Below are positions 17,401 to 31,000 of a stretch of 64,000 bases of DNA, piece by piece. The first letter of the stretch is position 1; the number at the start of each line of letters is the position of its first letter. The translations under genes were made by a program, and so were the position numbers. This stretch comes from the human T2T-CHM13v2.0 reference genome, Homo sapiens. The stretch lies in NCBI RefSeq assembly GCF_009914755.1, contig NC_060948.1; one strand, written 5' to 3'. Below the pieces are notes generated by a model. That model saw nothing but the letters and a program-made list of their open reading frames with translations, had not been told where the DNA came from and did no database searches.

Positions 17401-20400
17401 GAATGTAATGAACTTTAATGGAATGTACTCGAATGGATTCGACTGGAATGGAATGTTCTGGAAGTGAATGGACTCCAATGGAATGGATTCGAAAGGAATG
17501 GAATCGAACGGAATGGAATCTAATGGAATGGAATTAAATGGAAATGAATCAAATTGAATAGCACGGAACTGAATTGAATGGAATCGAATGCAATGGAATC
17601 TAATGAAACGGAAAGGAAAGGAATGGAATGGAATGGAATGGGCTGGAATGGAATGGAATCGAAACAAATGGAATGGAATCGAACTGAAGAGACTGGAATG
17701 GAATGCACTGGAATGGAAGGGAGTGTAATGGAAGGTTCTCGAAAAAAATGGAATCGAATGGAATGGAATTGAATGGAACGGAATAGAGTCGAATGGAATT
17801 GAATGGAATGGAATGGACTAGAGTGAAATGGAATCGAACCACAAGGAATGGACAGGAATAGAATGGTCTCGAATTGAATGGAATCGTATGGAATGGCATC
17901 AAACGGAATGCAATGGACAGCCACGGAATGGAATGCACTCGAATGCAATGGAGTCGAAACTAATGGACTGGAATAGAATGGACTCGACTGGTACGGACTC
18001 CAATGGAATGGAATCGAATGGAAGGGAATCGAACGGAATGGACTCGAAGGCAAAAGACTGCAATGGAAAGGTCTCGAATGGAATGGAAATTAATGGAATG
18101 GAATGGAATCGAATGAAATGGAGTCAAAAGGAATGGAATCGAATGGCAAGAAATCGAATGTAATGGAATCGCAAGGAATTGATGTGAACGGAACGGAATG
18201 GAATGGAATCCAAAGGAATGGAATAGAATGGAATGGAATCGAATGGAAAGGACTCGAATGGAAATCACTCGAATAGAATGCAATTTAATAAAATAGGATC
18301 AAATGTAATGGAATGGAATGGAAAGGAATCGAAACGAAAGGAATGGAGACAGATGGAATGGAATGGAACAGAGAGCAATGGTATAGAATGGAATGGAATC
18401 ATCTGGAATGGAATTGAATGGAATGGAATAACATGAAATGGAATGGAATGGAATGGAATGCCTTTGAATTAAATGGACTGGAATGGAATGGTCTCGAACA
18501 GAGTGGAATGGAAAGTGTTGAAATAGAATGGAATGGACTCCTTTGGAATGGTCTAGTATGCAATGCAATCGACTGGCAGGGAATCAAAAGGAATGTAATC
18601 GAATGGATTGGACTGGAATGCAATGGACTCGAATAGATTGGAAACGGAATGCAAAGGAATGGAATGGAATAGTATGGAATGGAATGGAAAGGAATGGAGT
18701 GGAATAGACTAGAGTGGAATGGAATGGACTCGAAAGCAATGGACTGGAATGGAACTTTCTTGAATGGACTGGAATCAAACGGAATGGAATGCAATGCAAT
18801 CAAATGGCATGGAATAAAATAGAATGAAAGAGAATCAAATGGAATTGAATCGAATGGAATCGAATGGATTGGAAAGGAATAGAATGGAATGGAATGGAAT
18901 TGACTCAAATGGAATGGACTAGAATGGAATGGATTCGAGTGGAAGGCAAAGGAATGGAATCTATTGGAATGGACTGTAATGGAATGGAATGGAAGGGATT
19001 GGAATGGACTCGAATGGAATGGACTGCAATAGAAAGGATTCGAATGGAATGAAAAAGAATTGAATGGAATAGAACAGAATGGAATCAAATCGAATGAAAT
19101 GGAATGGAATAGAAAGGAATGGAATGAAATGAAATGGAAAGGATTCAAATGGAATGTAATCGAATGGAATGGAATCGAACGGAATGGAATAAAATGGAAG
19201 AAAACTGGCAAGAAATGGAATCGAAATGAATGGAGTGTTATGGATCGGACTCAAAAGGAATTGAATGTAATAGAATGGAGTGGAGTGGACTCGAATATAA
19301 TGGACTGGAATGGAATGAAATCACATGGAATGGGAACGAATGGAATGGAATGGAAAGGAATGGAATCGAATGGAAAGGAATCGAATGGAAGGGAATGAAA
19401 TTGAATCAACAGGCATGGAAGGGAGTAGAATAGACGGTAATGGAATGGACTCGAATAGAATGGACACGAATGCTCAAATTGAATGGACTCAAATGGAATG
19501 GAAACGAAAGGAATGTCATCGAATGGAATTGAATCGGTTGGAATGAAATCGCATAGAATGGAGTGGAATCAAATGGAATTGAATCGAAAGGAAAGGAAGC
19601 GAATGGACTGAAATGAAATGGAATGGAATTGAATGGAAAGTAATGCAATGGAATAGAATGGAACGAAATTTCACGGAATGGAATCAAACTGAATGGAATC
19701 AAATCAATGGAATATAATCAAATGGAATGGAAAGGAATTGAATGGAGTAGATTGGGTTGGATGGGATTGGAATGAAATGGAATGGAAAGGACTCGAATTT
19801 CATGAAACGGAATGGAATGAATTGGAACGGAATGGACTCGAATGGAATGGAATGACATGGAATGGCAAGAAATGGAATGGCATCAAAGGGAATGGAATCG
19901 AATGCAATGGAATGCTATGGAATGGAATGGAATGCATTGGAATGGAATGTCCTCTAATGGAATGGATTCGAGTGGAATGGAATCGAATATAATGGAGTCG
20001 AATGAAATGGAATTGAAAGGAATGGGATCGAATACAATGGAATATACTGGAATGTAATGTAAAGAACTCGAATGTAATTGAATGGAAAGGAATGTACATG
20101 AATGGAATGTAATCGAATGGAAAGTAATCCAATGGAATAGTATCTAATGTAATAAAATCGACTCAGATAGAGTAGAATGTAATGGAATGGAGTGTAGTGC
20201 AATGGAATGGAATGGAATGGAATGCAATGGAATGGAAAGGAATGGAATGGAATGGAATGGAATGGGATGGAATGGTATGGAATGGATAGTAATGGACTGG
20301 AGTGAAATGGACTGGAAAGGAGTGGACTCAAATTGAAAGGTCTCGAAAGGAATGGAGTCAAAAGGAATGGTCTGGAATGGAATGAACACGAATGTAATGC

Positions 20401-22096
20401 AATCCAATAGAATGGAGTCGAATGGCATGGAATATAAAGAAATGGAATCGAAGAGAATGGAAACAAATGGAATGGAATTGAATGGAATGGAATTGAATGG
20501 AATGGGAAGGAATGGAGTGAAATTGTATGCAGTAGAAGAGAATAGAATGGAATGCAAGCGAAAGGAAAGGAATGGATTGGAATGGAATGGAATTCATTGG
20601 AATGGAAGGGAATGTAGTGTAATGGACAGGCCTGGAATAAAGTGGAATGCTACGGTCTCGAATGGAATAAAAATGTATGGAATGGAATGCAATGAAACGG
20701 AATCGAATGTCATAGAATGTAATGGAATGCAAAAAAATGGAATCCAAAATCATTGACTGGAAAGGCTGGGTGTCGAAAGGAATTGACTCCAATGGAATGG
20801 AATCGAATGGAATGGAAGTGAATAGAATCGAACTAAATCGAATGGAATGGAATTGATAGGAACGGAATGGAAAGGAATGCAATGATTTGGCATGGAATGG
20901 AATCGAATGGCATCGAATGGAATGGAATGGAATGCAATGGAATGGAATGTATTAGAATGTAATGAACTTTAATGGAATGTACTCGAATGGATTCGACTGG
21001 AATGGAATGTTCTGGAAGTGAATGGACTCCAATGGAATGGATTCAAAAGGAATGGAATCGTACGGAATGGAATCTAATGGAATGGAATTAAATGGAAATG
21101 AATCAAATTGAATAGCACGGAATTGAATTGAATGGAATGGAATGCAATGGAATCTAATGAAACGGAAAGGAAAGGAATGGAATGGAATGGAATGGGCTGG
21201 AATGGAAAGGAATCGAAACGAATGGAATGGAATCGAACTGAAGAGACTGGAATGGAATGCACTGGAATGGAAGGGAGTGTAATGGAAGGTTCTCGAAAAA
21301 AATGGAATGGAATGGAATGGAATTGAATGGAACGGAATAGAGTCGAATGGAATTGAATGGAATGGAATGGACTAGAGTGAAATGGAATCGAACCACAAGG
21401 AATGGACAGGAATAGAATGGTCTCGAATTGAATGGAATCGTATGGAATGGCATCAAACGGAATGGAATGGACAGCCACGGAATGGAATGCACTCGAATGC
21501 AATGGAGTCGAAACTAATGGACTGGAATAGAATGGACTCGACTGGTACGGACTCCAATGGAATGGAATCGAATGGAAGGGAATCGAACGGAAGGGAATCG
21601 AACGGAATGGACTCGAAGGGAAAAGACTGCAATGGAAAGGTCTCGAATGGAATGGAAATTAATGGAATGGAATGGAATCGAATGAAATGGAGTCAAAAGG
21701 AATGGAATCGAATGGCAAGAAATCGAATGTAATGGAATCGCAAGGAATTGATGTGAACGGAACGGAATGGAATGGAATCCAAAGGAATGGAATAGAATGG
21801 AATGGAATCGAATGGAAAGGACTCGAATGGAAATCACTCGAATAGAATGCAATTTAATAAAATAGGATCAAATGTAATGGAATGGAACGGAAAGGAATCG
21901 AAACGAAAGGAATGGAGACAGATGGAATGGAATGGAACAGAGAGCAATGGTATAGAATGGAATGGAATCATCTGGAATGGAATTGAATGGAATGGAATAA
22001 TATGAAATGGAATGGAATGGAATGTCCTTGAATTAAATGGACTGGAATGGAATGGACTCGAACAGAGTGGAATGGAAGGTGTTGAAATAGAATGGA

Positions 22097-25059
22097 ATGG
22101 ACTCGTTTGGAATGGTGTAGTATGCAATGCAATCGACTGGCAGGGAATCAAAAGGAATGTAATCGAATGGATTGGACTGGAATGCAATGGACTCGAATAG
22201 ATTGGAAACGGAATGCAAAGGAATGGAATGGAATAGTATGGAATGGAATGGAAAGGAATGGAGTGGAATAGACTAGAGTGGAATGGAATGGACTCGAAAG
22301 CAATGGACTGGAATGGAACTTTCTTGAATGGACTGGAATCAAACGGAATGGAATGCAATGCAATCAAATGGCATGGAATAAAATAGAATGAAAGAGAATC
22401 AAACGGAATTGAATCGAATGGAATCGAATGGATTGGAAAGGAATAGAATGGAATGGAATGGAATTGACTCAAATGGAATGGACTAGAATGGAATGGATTC
22501 GAATGGAAGGCAAAGGAATGGAATCTATTGGAATGGACTGTAATGGAATGGAATGGAAGGGATTGGAATGGACTCGAATGGAATGGACTGCAATAGAAAG
22601 GATTCGAATGGAATGAAAAAGAATTGAATGGAATAGAACAGAATGGAATCAAACCTCATGAAATAGAATGCAATAGAAAGGAATGGAATGAAATCGAATG
22701 GAAAGGATTCGAATGGAATGCAATCGAATGGAATGCAATCGAATGGAATGGAATCGAACGGAATGGAATAAAATGGAAGAAAACTGGCAAGAAATGGAAT
22801 CGAAATGAATGGAGTGTTAAGGAACGGACTCAAAAGGAATTGAATGTAATAGAATGGAGTGGAGTGGACTCGAATATAATGGACTGGAATGGAATGAAAT
22901 CACATGGAATGGGAACGAATGGAATGGAATGGAAAGGAATGGAATCGAATGGAAAGGAATCGAATGGAAGGGAATGAAATTGAATCAACAGGAATGGAAG
23001 GGAATAGAATAGACGGTAATGGAATGGACTCGAATAGAATGGACACGAATGCTCAAATTGAATGGACTCGAATGGAATGGAAATGAAAGGAATGTCATCG
23101 AATGCAATTCAATCGATTGGAATGAAATCGCATAGGATGGAGTGGAATCAAATGGAATTGAATCGAAAGGAAAAGAAGCTAATTGACTGAAATGAAATGG
23201 AATGGAATTGAATGGAAAGTAATGCAACGGAATAGAATGGAATGAAATTTCACGGAATGGAATCAAACTGAATGGAATCAAATCAATGGAATATAATCAA
23301 ATGGAATGGAAAGGAATTGAATGGAGTAGATTGTATTGGATGGGATTGGAATGAAATGTACTGGAAAGGACTCGAATTTCATGAAACGGAATGGAATGTA
23401 TTAGAACGGAATGGACTCGAATGGAATTGAATGTCACGGAATGGCATCAAATGGAATGGCATCAATTGGAATGGAATCGAATGCAATGGAATGCTATGGA
23501 ATGGAATGGAATGCATTGGAATGGAATGTCCTCTAATGGAATGGATTCGAGTGGAATGGAATCGAATATAATGGAGTCTAATGAAATGGAATTGAAAGGA
23601 ATGGGATCCAATACAATGGAATATACTGGAATGTAATGTAATGAACTCGAATGTAATTGACTGGAATGGAATGTACATGAGTGGAATGTAATCGAATGGA
23701 AAGTAATCCAATGGAATAGAATCTAATGCAATAAAATCGACTCAAATAGAGTAGAATGTAATGGAATGGAGTGCAGTGCAATGGAATGGAATGGAATGGG
23801 ATGGAATGGTATGGAATGGATAGTAATGGACTGGAGTGAAATGGACTGGAAAATAATGGACTCAAATTGAAAGGGCTCGAAAGGAATGGAGTCAAATGGA
23901 ATGGTCTGGAATGGAATGAACACGAATGTAATGCAATCCAATAGAATGGAATCGAATGGCATGGAATATAAAGAAATGGAATCGAAGAGAATTGAAACAA
24001 ATGGAATGGAATTGAATGGAATGGAATTGAATGGAATGGGAACGAATGGAGTGAAATTGTATGCAGTAGAAGAGAATAGAATGGAATGCAAGCGAAAGGA
24101 AAGGAATGGATTGGAATGGAATGGAATTCATTGGAATGGAAGGGAATGTAGTGTAATGGACAGGCCTGTAATAAAGTGGAATGCTACGGTCTCGAATGGA
24201 ATAAAAATGTATGGAATGGAATGCAATGAAACGGAATCAAATGTCATAGAAGTAATGGAATGCAAAAAAATGGACTCCAAAATCATTGACTGGAAAGGCT
24301 GGGTGTCGAAAGGAATTTACTCCAATGGAATGGAATCGAATGGAATGGAAGTGAATAGAATCGAACTAAATCGAATGGAATGGAATTGATAGGAACGGAA
24401 TGGAAAGGAATGCAATGATTTCGCATGGAATGGAATCGAATGGCATCGAATGGAATGGAATGGAATGCAATGGAATGGAATGTATTAAAATGTAATGAAC
24501 TTTAATGGAATGTACTCGAATGGATTCGACTGGAATGGAATGTTCTCGAAGTGAATGGACTCCAATGGAATGGATTCGAAAGGAATGGAATCTAATGGAA
24601 TGGAATTAAATGGAAATGAATCAAATTGTATAGAACGGAATTGAATTGAATGGAATCGAATGCAATGGAATCTAATGAAACGGAAAGGAAAGGAATGGAA
24701 TGGAATGGAATGGAATGGGCTGGAATGGAATGGAATCCAAAGGAATGGAATAGAATGGAATGGAATCGAATGGAAAGGACTCGAATGGAAATCACTCGAA
24801 TAGAATGCAATTTAATAAAATAGGATCAAATGTAATGGAATGGAATGGAAAGGAATCGAAACGAAAGGAATGGAGACAGATGGAATGGAATGGAACAGAG
24901 AGCAATGGTATAGAATGGAATGGAATCATCTGGAATGGAATTGAATGGAATGGAATAACATGAAATGGACTGGAATGGAATGGAATGCCCTTGAATTAAA
25001 TGGACTGGAATGGAATGGACTCGAACAGAGTGGAATGGAAAGTGTTGAAATAGAATGGA
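22097..25059 (+). repeat. Short DYZ1 unit (2963 bp) with 550-bp internal deletion
   Basis: gggctggaatggaatggaatc is joined directly to caaagg at ~24737; in the next unit these lie 550 bp apart (27726 vs 28276). Confidence 0.9.
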
Positions 25060-28000
25060 ATGGACTCGTTTGGAATGGTCTAGTATGCAATGCAATCGAC
25101 TGGCAGGGAATCAAAAGGAATGTAATCGAATGGATTGGACTGGAATGCAATGGACTCGAATAGATTGGAAACGGAATGCAAAGGAATGGAATGGAATAGT
25201 ATGGAATGGAATGGAAAGGAATGGAGTGGAATAGACTAGAGTGGAATGGAATGGACTCGAAAGCAATGGACTGGAATGGAACTTTCTTGAATGGACTGGA
25301 ATCAAACGGAATGGAATGCAATGCAATCAAATGGCATGGAATAAAATAGAATGAAAGAGAATCAAATGGAATTGAATCGAATGGAATCGAATGGATTGGA
25401 AAGGAATAGAATGGAATGGAATGGAATTGACTCAAATGGAATGGACTAGAATGGAATGGATTCGAATGGAAGGCAAAGGAATGGAATCTATTGGAATGGA
25501 CTGTAATGGAATGGAATGGAAGGGATTGGAATGGACTCGAATGGAATGGACTGCAATAGAAAGGATTCGAATGGAATGAAAAAGAATTGAATGGAATAGA
25601 ACAGAATGGAATCAAATCGAATGAAATGGAATGGAATAGAAAGGAATGGAATGAAATGGAATGGAAAGGATTCGAATGGAATGCAATCGAATGGAATGGA
25701 ATCGAACGGAATGGAATAAAATGGAAGAAAACTGGCAAGAAATGGAATCGAAATGAATGGAGTGTTATGGAACGGACTCAAAAGGAATTGAATGTAATAG
25801 AATGGAGTGGAGTGGACTCAAATATAATAGACTGGAATGGAATGAAATCACATGGAATGGGAACGAATGGAATGGAATGGAAAGGAATGGAATCGAATGG
25901 AAAGGAATCGAATGGAAGGGAATGAAATTGAATCAACAGGAATGGAAAGGAGTAGAATAGACGGTAATGGAATGGGCTCGAATGGAATGGACACGAATGC
26001 TCAAATTAAATGGACTCGAATGGAATGGAAACGAAAGGAATGTCATCGAATGGAATTGAATCGATTGGAATGAAATCACATAGAATGGAGTGGAATCAAA
26101 TGGAATTGAATCGAAAGGAAAGGAAGCGAATGGACTGAAATGAAATGGAATGGCATTGAATGGAAATTAATGCAATGGAATAGAATGGAAAGAAATTTCA
26201 CGGAATGGAATCAAACTGAATGGAATCAAATCAATGGAATCAAATCAAATGGAATGGAAAGGAATTGAATGGAGTAGATTGGATTGGATGGGATTGGAAT
26301 GAAATGTACTGGAAAGGACTCGAATTTCATGAAACGGAATGGAATGAATTAGAACGGAATGGACTCGAATGGAATGGAATATCACGGAATGGCATCAAAT
26401 GGAATGGCATCAATTGGAATGGAATCGAATGCAATGGAATGCTATGGAATGGAATGGAATGCATTGGAATGGAATGTCCTCTAATGGAATGGATTCGAGT
26501 GGAATGGAATCGAATATAATGGAGTCTAATGAAATGGAATTGAAAGGAATGGGATCCAATACAATGGAATATACTGGAATGTAATGTAATGAACTCGAAT
26601 GTAATTGACTGGAATGGAATGTACATGAATGGAATGTAATCGAATGGAAAGTAATCCAATGGAATAGAATCTAATGCAATAAAATCGACTCAAGTAGAGT
26701 AGAATATAATGGAATGGAGTGCAGTGCAATGGAATGGAATGGAATGGAATGCAATGGAATGGAATGGAATGGAATGGAATGGAATGGGATGGAATGGTAT
26801 GGAATGGATAGTAATGGACTGGAGTGAAATGGACTGGAAAGGAATGGACTCAAATTGAAAGGGCTCGAAAGGAATGGAGTCAAATGGAATGGTCTGGAAT
26901 GGAATGAACACGAATGTAATGCAATCCAATAGAATGGAATCGAATGGCATGGAATATAAAGAAATGGAATCGAAGAGAATGGAAACAAATGGAATGGAAT
27001 TGAATGGAATGGAATTGAATGGAATGGGAACGAATGGAGTGAAATTGTATGCAGTAGAAGAGAATAGAATGGAATGCAAGCGAAAGGAAAGGAATGGATT
27101 GGAATGGAATGGAATTCATTGGAATGGAAGGGAATGTAGTGTAATGGACAGGCCTGTAATAAAGTGGAATGCTACGGTCTCGAATGGAATAAAAATGTAT
27201 GGAATGGAATGCAATGAAACGGAATCGAATGTCATAGAAGTAATGGAATGCAAAAAAATGGACTCCAAAATCATTGACTGGAAAGGCTGGGTGTCGAAAG
27301 GAATTTACTCCAATGGAATGGAATCGAATGGAATGGAAGTGAATAGAATCGAACTAAATCGAATGGAATGGAATTGATAGGAACGGAATGGAAAGGAATG
27401 CAATGATTTCGCATGGAATGGAATCGAATGGCATCGAATGGAATGGAATGGAATGCAATGGAATGGAATGTATTAAAATGTAATGAACTTTAATGGAATG
27501 TACTCGAATGGATTCGACTGGAATGGAATGTTCTCGAAGTGAATGGACTCCAATGGAATGGATTCGAAAGGAATGGAATCTAATGGAATGGAATTAAATG
27601 GAAATGAATCATATTGTATAGAACGGAATTGAATTGAATGGAATCGAATGCAATGGAATCTAATGAAACGGAAAGGAAAGGAATGGAATGGAATGGAATG
27701 GAATGGGCTGGAATGGAATGGAATCGAAACGAATGGAATGGAATCGAACTGAAGAGACTGGAATGGAATACACTGGAATGGAAGGGAATGTAATGGAAGG
27801 TTCTCGAAAAAAATGTAATTGAAAGGAATGGAATTGAGTGGAACGGAATAGAGTCGAATGGAATTCAATGGAATGGAATGGACTAGAGTGAAATGGAATC
27901 GAACCACAAGGAATGGACAGGAATAGAATGGTCTCGAATTGAATGGAATCGTATGGAATGGCATCAAACGGAATGGAATGGACAGCCACGGAATGGAATG

Positions 28001-31000
28001 CACTCGAATGCAATGGAGTCGAAACTAATGGACTGGAATAGAATGGACTCGACTGGTACGGACTCCAATGGAATGGAATCGAATGGAAGGGAATCGAACG
28101 GAATGGACTCGAAGGGAAAAGACTGCAATGGAAAGGTCTCGAATGGAATGGAAATTAATGGAATGGAATGGAATCGAATGAAATGGAGTCAAAAGGAATG
28201 GAATCGAATGGCAAGAAATCGAATGTAATGGAATCGCAAGGAATTGATGTGAACGGAACGGAATGGAATGGAATCCAAAGGAATGGAATAGAATGGAATG
28301 GAATCGAATGGAAAGGACTCGAATGGAAATCACTCGAATAGAATGCAATTTAATAAAATAGGATCAAATGTAATGGAATGGAATGGAAAGGAATCGAAAC
28401 GAAAGGAATGGAGACAGATGGAATGGAATGGAACAGAGAGCAATGGTATAGAATGGAATGGAATCATCTGGAATGGAATTGAATGGAATGGAATAACATG
28501 AAATGGACTGGAATGGAATGGAATGCCCTTGAATTAAATGGACTGGAATGGAATGGACTCGAACAGAGTGGAATGGAAAGTGTTGAAATAGAATGGAATG
28601 GACTCGTTTGGAATGGTCTAGTATGCAATGCAATCGACTGGCAGGGAATCAAAAGGAATGTAATCGAATGGATTGGACTGGAATGCAATGGACTCGAATA
28701 GATTGGAAACGGAATGCAAAGGAATGGAATGGAATAGTATGGAATGGAATGGAAAGGAATGGAGTGGAATAGACTAGAATGGAATGGAATGGACTCGAAA
28801 GCAATGGACTGGAATGGAACTTTCTTGAATGGACTGGAATCAAACGGAATGGAATGCAATGCAATCAAATGGCATGGAATAAAATAGAATGAAAGAGAAT
28901 CAAATGGAATTGAATCGAATGGAATCGAATGGATTGGAAAGGAATAGAATGGAATGGAATGGAATTGACTCAAATGGAATGGACTAGAATGGAATGGATT
29001 CGAATGGAAGGCAAAGGAATGGAATCTATTGGAATGGACTGTAATGGAATGGAATGGAAGGGATTGGAATGGACTCGAATGGAATGGACTGCAATAGAAA
29101 GGATTCGAATGGAATGAAAAAGAATTGAATGGAATAGAACAGAATGGAATCAAATCGAATGAAATGGAATGGAATAGAAAGGAATGGAATGAAATGGAAT
29201 GGAAAGGATTCGAATGGAATGCAATCGAATGGAATGGAATCGAACGGAATGGAGTAAAATGGAAGAAAACTGGCAAGAAATGGAATCGAAATGAATGGAG
29301 TGTTATGGAACGGACTCAAAAGGAATTGAATGTAATAGAATGGAGTGGAGTGGACTCAAATATAATAGACTGGAATGGAATGAAATCACATGGAATGGGA
29401 ACGAATGGAATGGAATGGAAAGGAATGGAATCGAATGGAAAGGAATCGAATGGAAGGGAATGAAATTGAATCAACAGGAATGGAAAGGAGTAGAATAGAC
29501 GGTAATGGAATGGGCTCGAATAGAATGGACACGAATGCTCAAATTAAATGGACTCGAATGGAATGGAAACGAAAGGAATGTCATCGAATGGAATTGAATC
29601 GATTGGAATGAAATCACATAGAATGGAGTGGAATCAAATGGAATTGAATCGAAAGGAAAGGAAGCGAATGGACTGAAATGAAATGGAATGGAATTGAATG
29701 GAAATTAATGCAATGGAATAGAATGGAAAGAAATTTCACGGAATGGAATCAAACTGAATGGAATCAAATCAATGGAATATAATCAAATGGAATGGAAAGG
29801 AATTGAATGGAGTAGATTGGATTGGATGGGATTGGAATGAAATGTACTGGAAAGGACTCGAATTTCATGAAACGGAATGGAATGAATTAGAACGGAATGG
29901 ACTCGAATGGAATGGAATATCACGGAATGGCATCAAATGGAATGGCATCAATTGGAATGGAATCGAATGCAATGGAATGCTATGGAATGGAATGGAATGC
30001 ATTGGAATGGAATGTCCTCTAATGGAATGGATTCGAGTGGAATGGAATCGAATATAATGGAGTCTAATGAAATGGAATTGAAAGGAATGGGATCCAATAC
30101 AATGGAATATACTGGAATGTAATGTAATGAACTCGAATGTAATTGACTGGAATGGAATGTACATGAATGGAATGTAATCGAATGGAAAGTAATCCAATGG
30201 AATAGAATCTAATGCAATAAAATCGACTCAAGTAGAGTAGAATATAATGGAATGGAGTGCAGTGCAATGGAATGGAATGGAATGGAATGCAATGGAATGG
30301 AATGGAATGGAATGGAATGGAACGGGATGGAATGGTATGGAATGGATAGTAATGGACTGGAGTGAAATGGACTGGAAAGGAATGGACTCAAATTGAAAGG
30401 GCTCGAAAGGAATGGAGTCAAATGGAATGGTCTGGAATGGAATGAACACGAATGTAATGCAATCCAATAGAATGGAATCGAATGGCATGGAATATAAAGA
30501 AATGGAATCGAAGAGAATGGAAACAAATGGAATGGAATTGAATGGAATGGAATTGAATGGAATGGGAACGAATGGAGTGAAATTGTATGCAGTAGAAGAG
30601 AATAGAATGGAATGCAAGCGAAAGGAAAGGAATGGATTGGAATGGAATGGAATTCATTGGAATGGAAGGGAATGTAGTGTAATGGACAGGCCTGGAATAA
30701 AGTGGAATGCTACGGTCTCGAATGGAATAAAAATGTATGGAATGGAATGCAATGAAACGGAATCGAATGTCATAGAATGTAATGGAATGCAAAAAAATGG
30801 AATCCAAAATCATTGACTGGAAAGGCTGGGTGTCGAAAGGAATTGACTCCAATGGAATGGAATCGAATGGCATGGAAGTGAATAGAATCGAACTAAATCG
30901 AATGGAATGGAATTGATAGGAACGGAATGGAAAGGAATGCAATGATTTGGCATGGAATGGAATCGAATGGCATCGAATGGAATGGAATGGAATGCAATGG

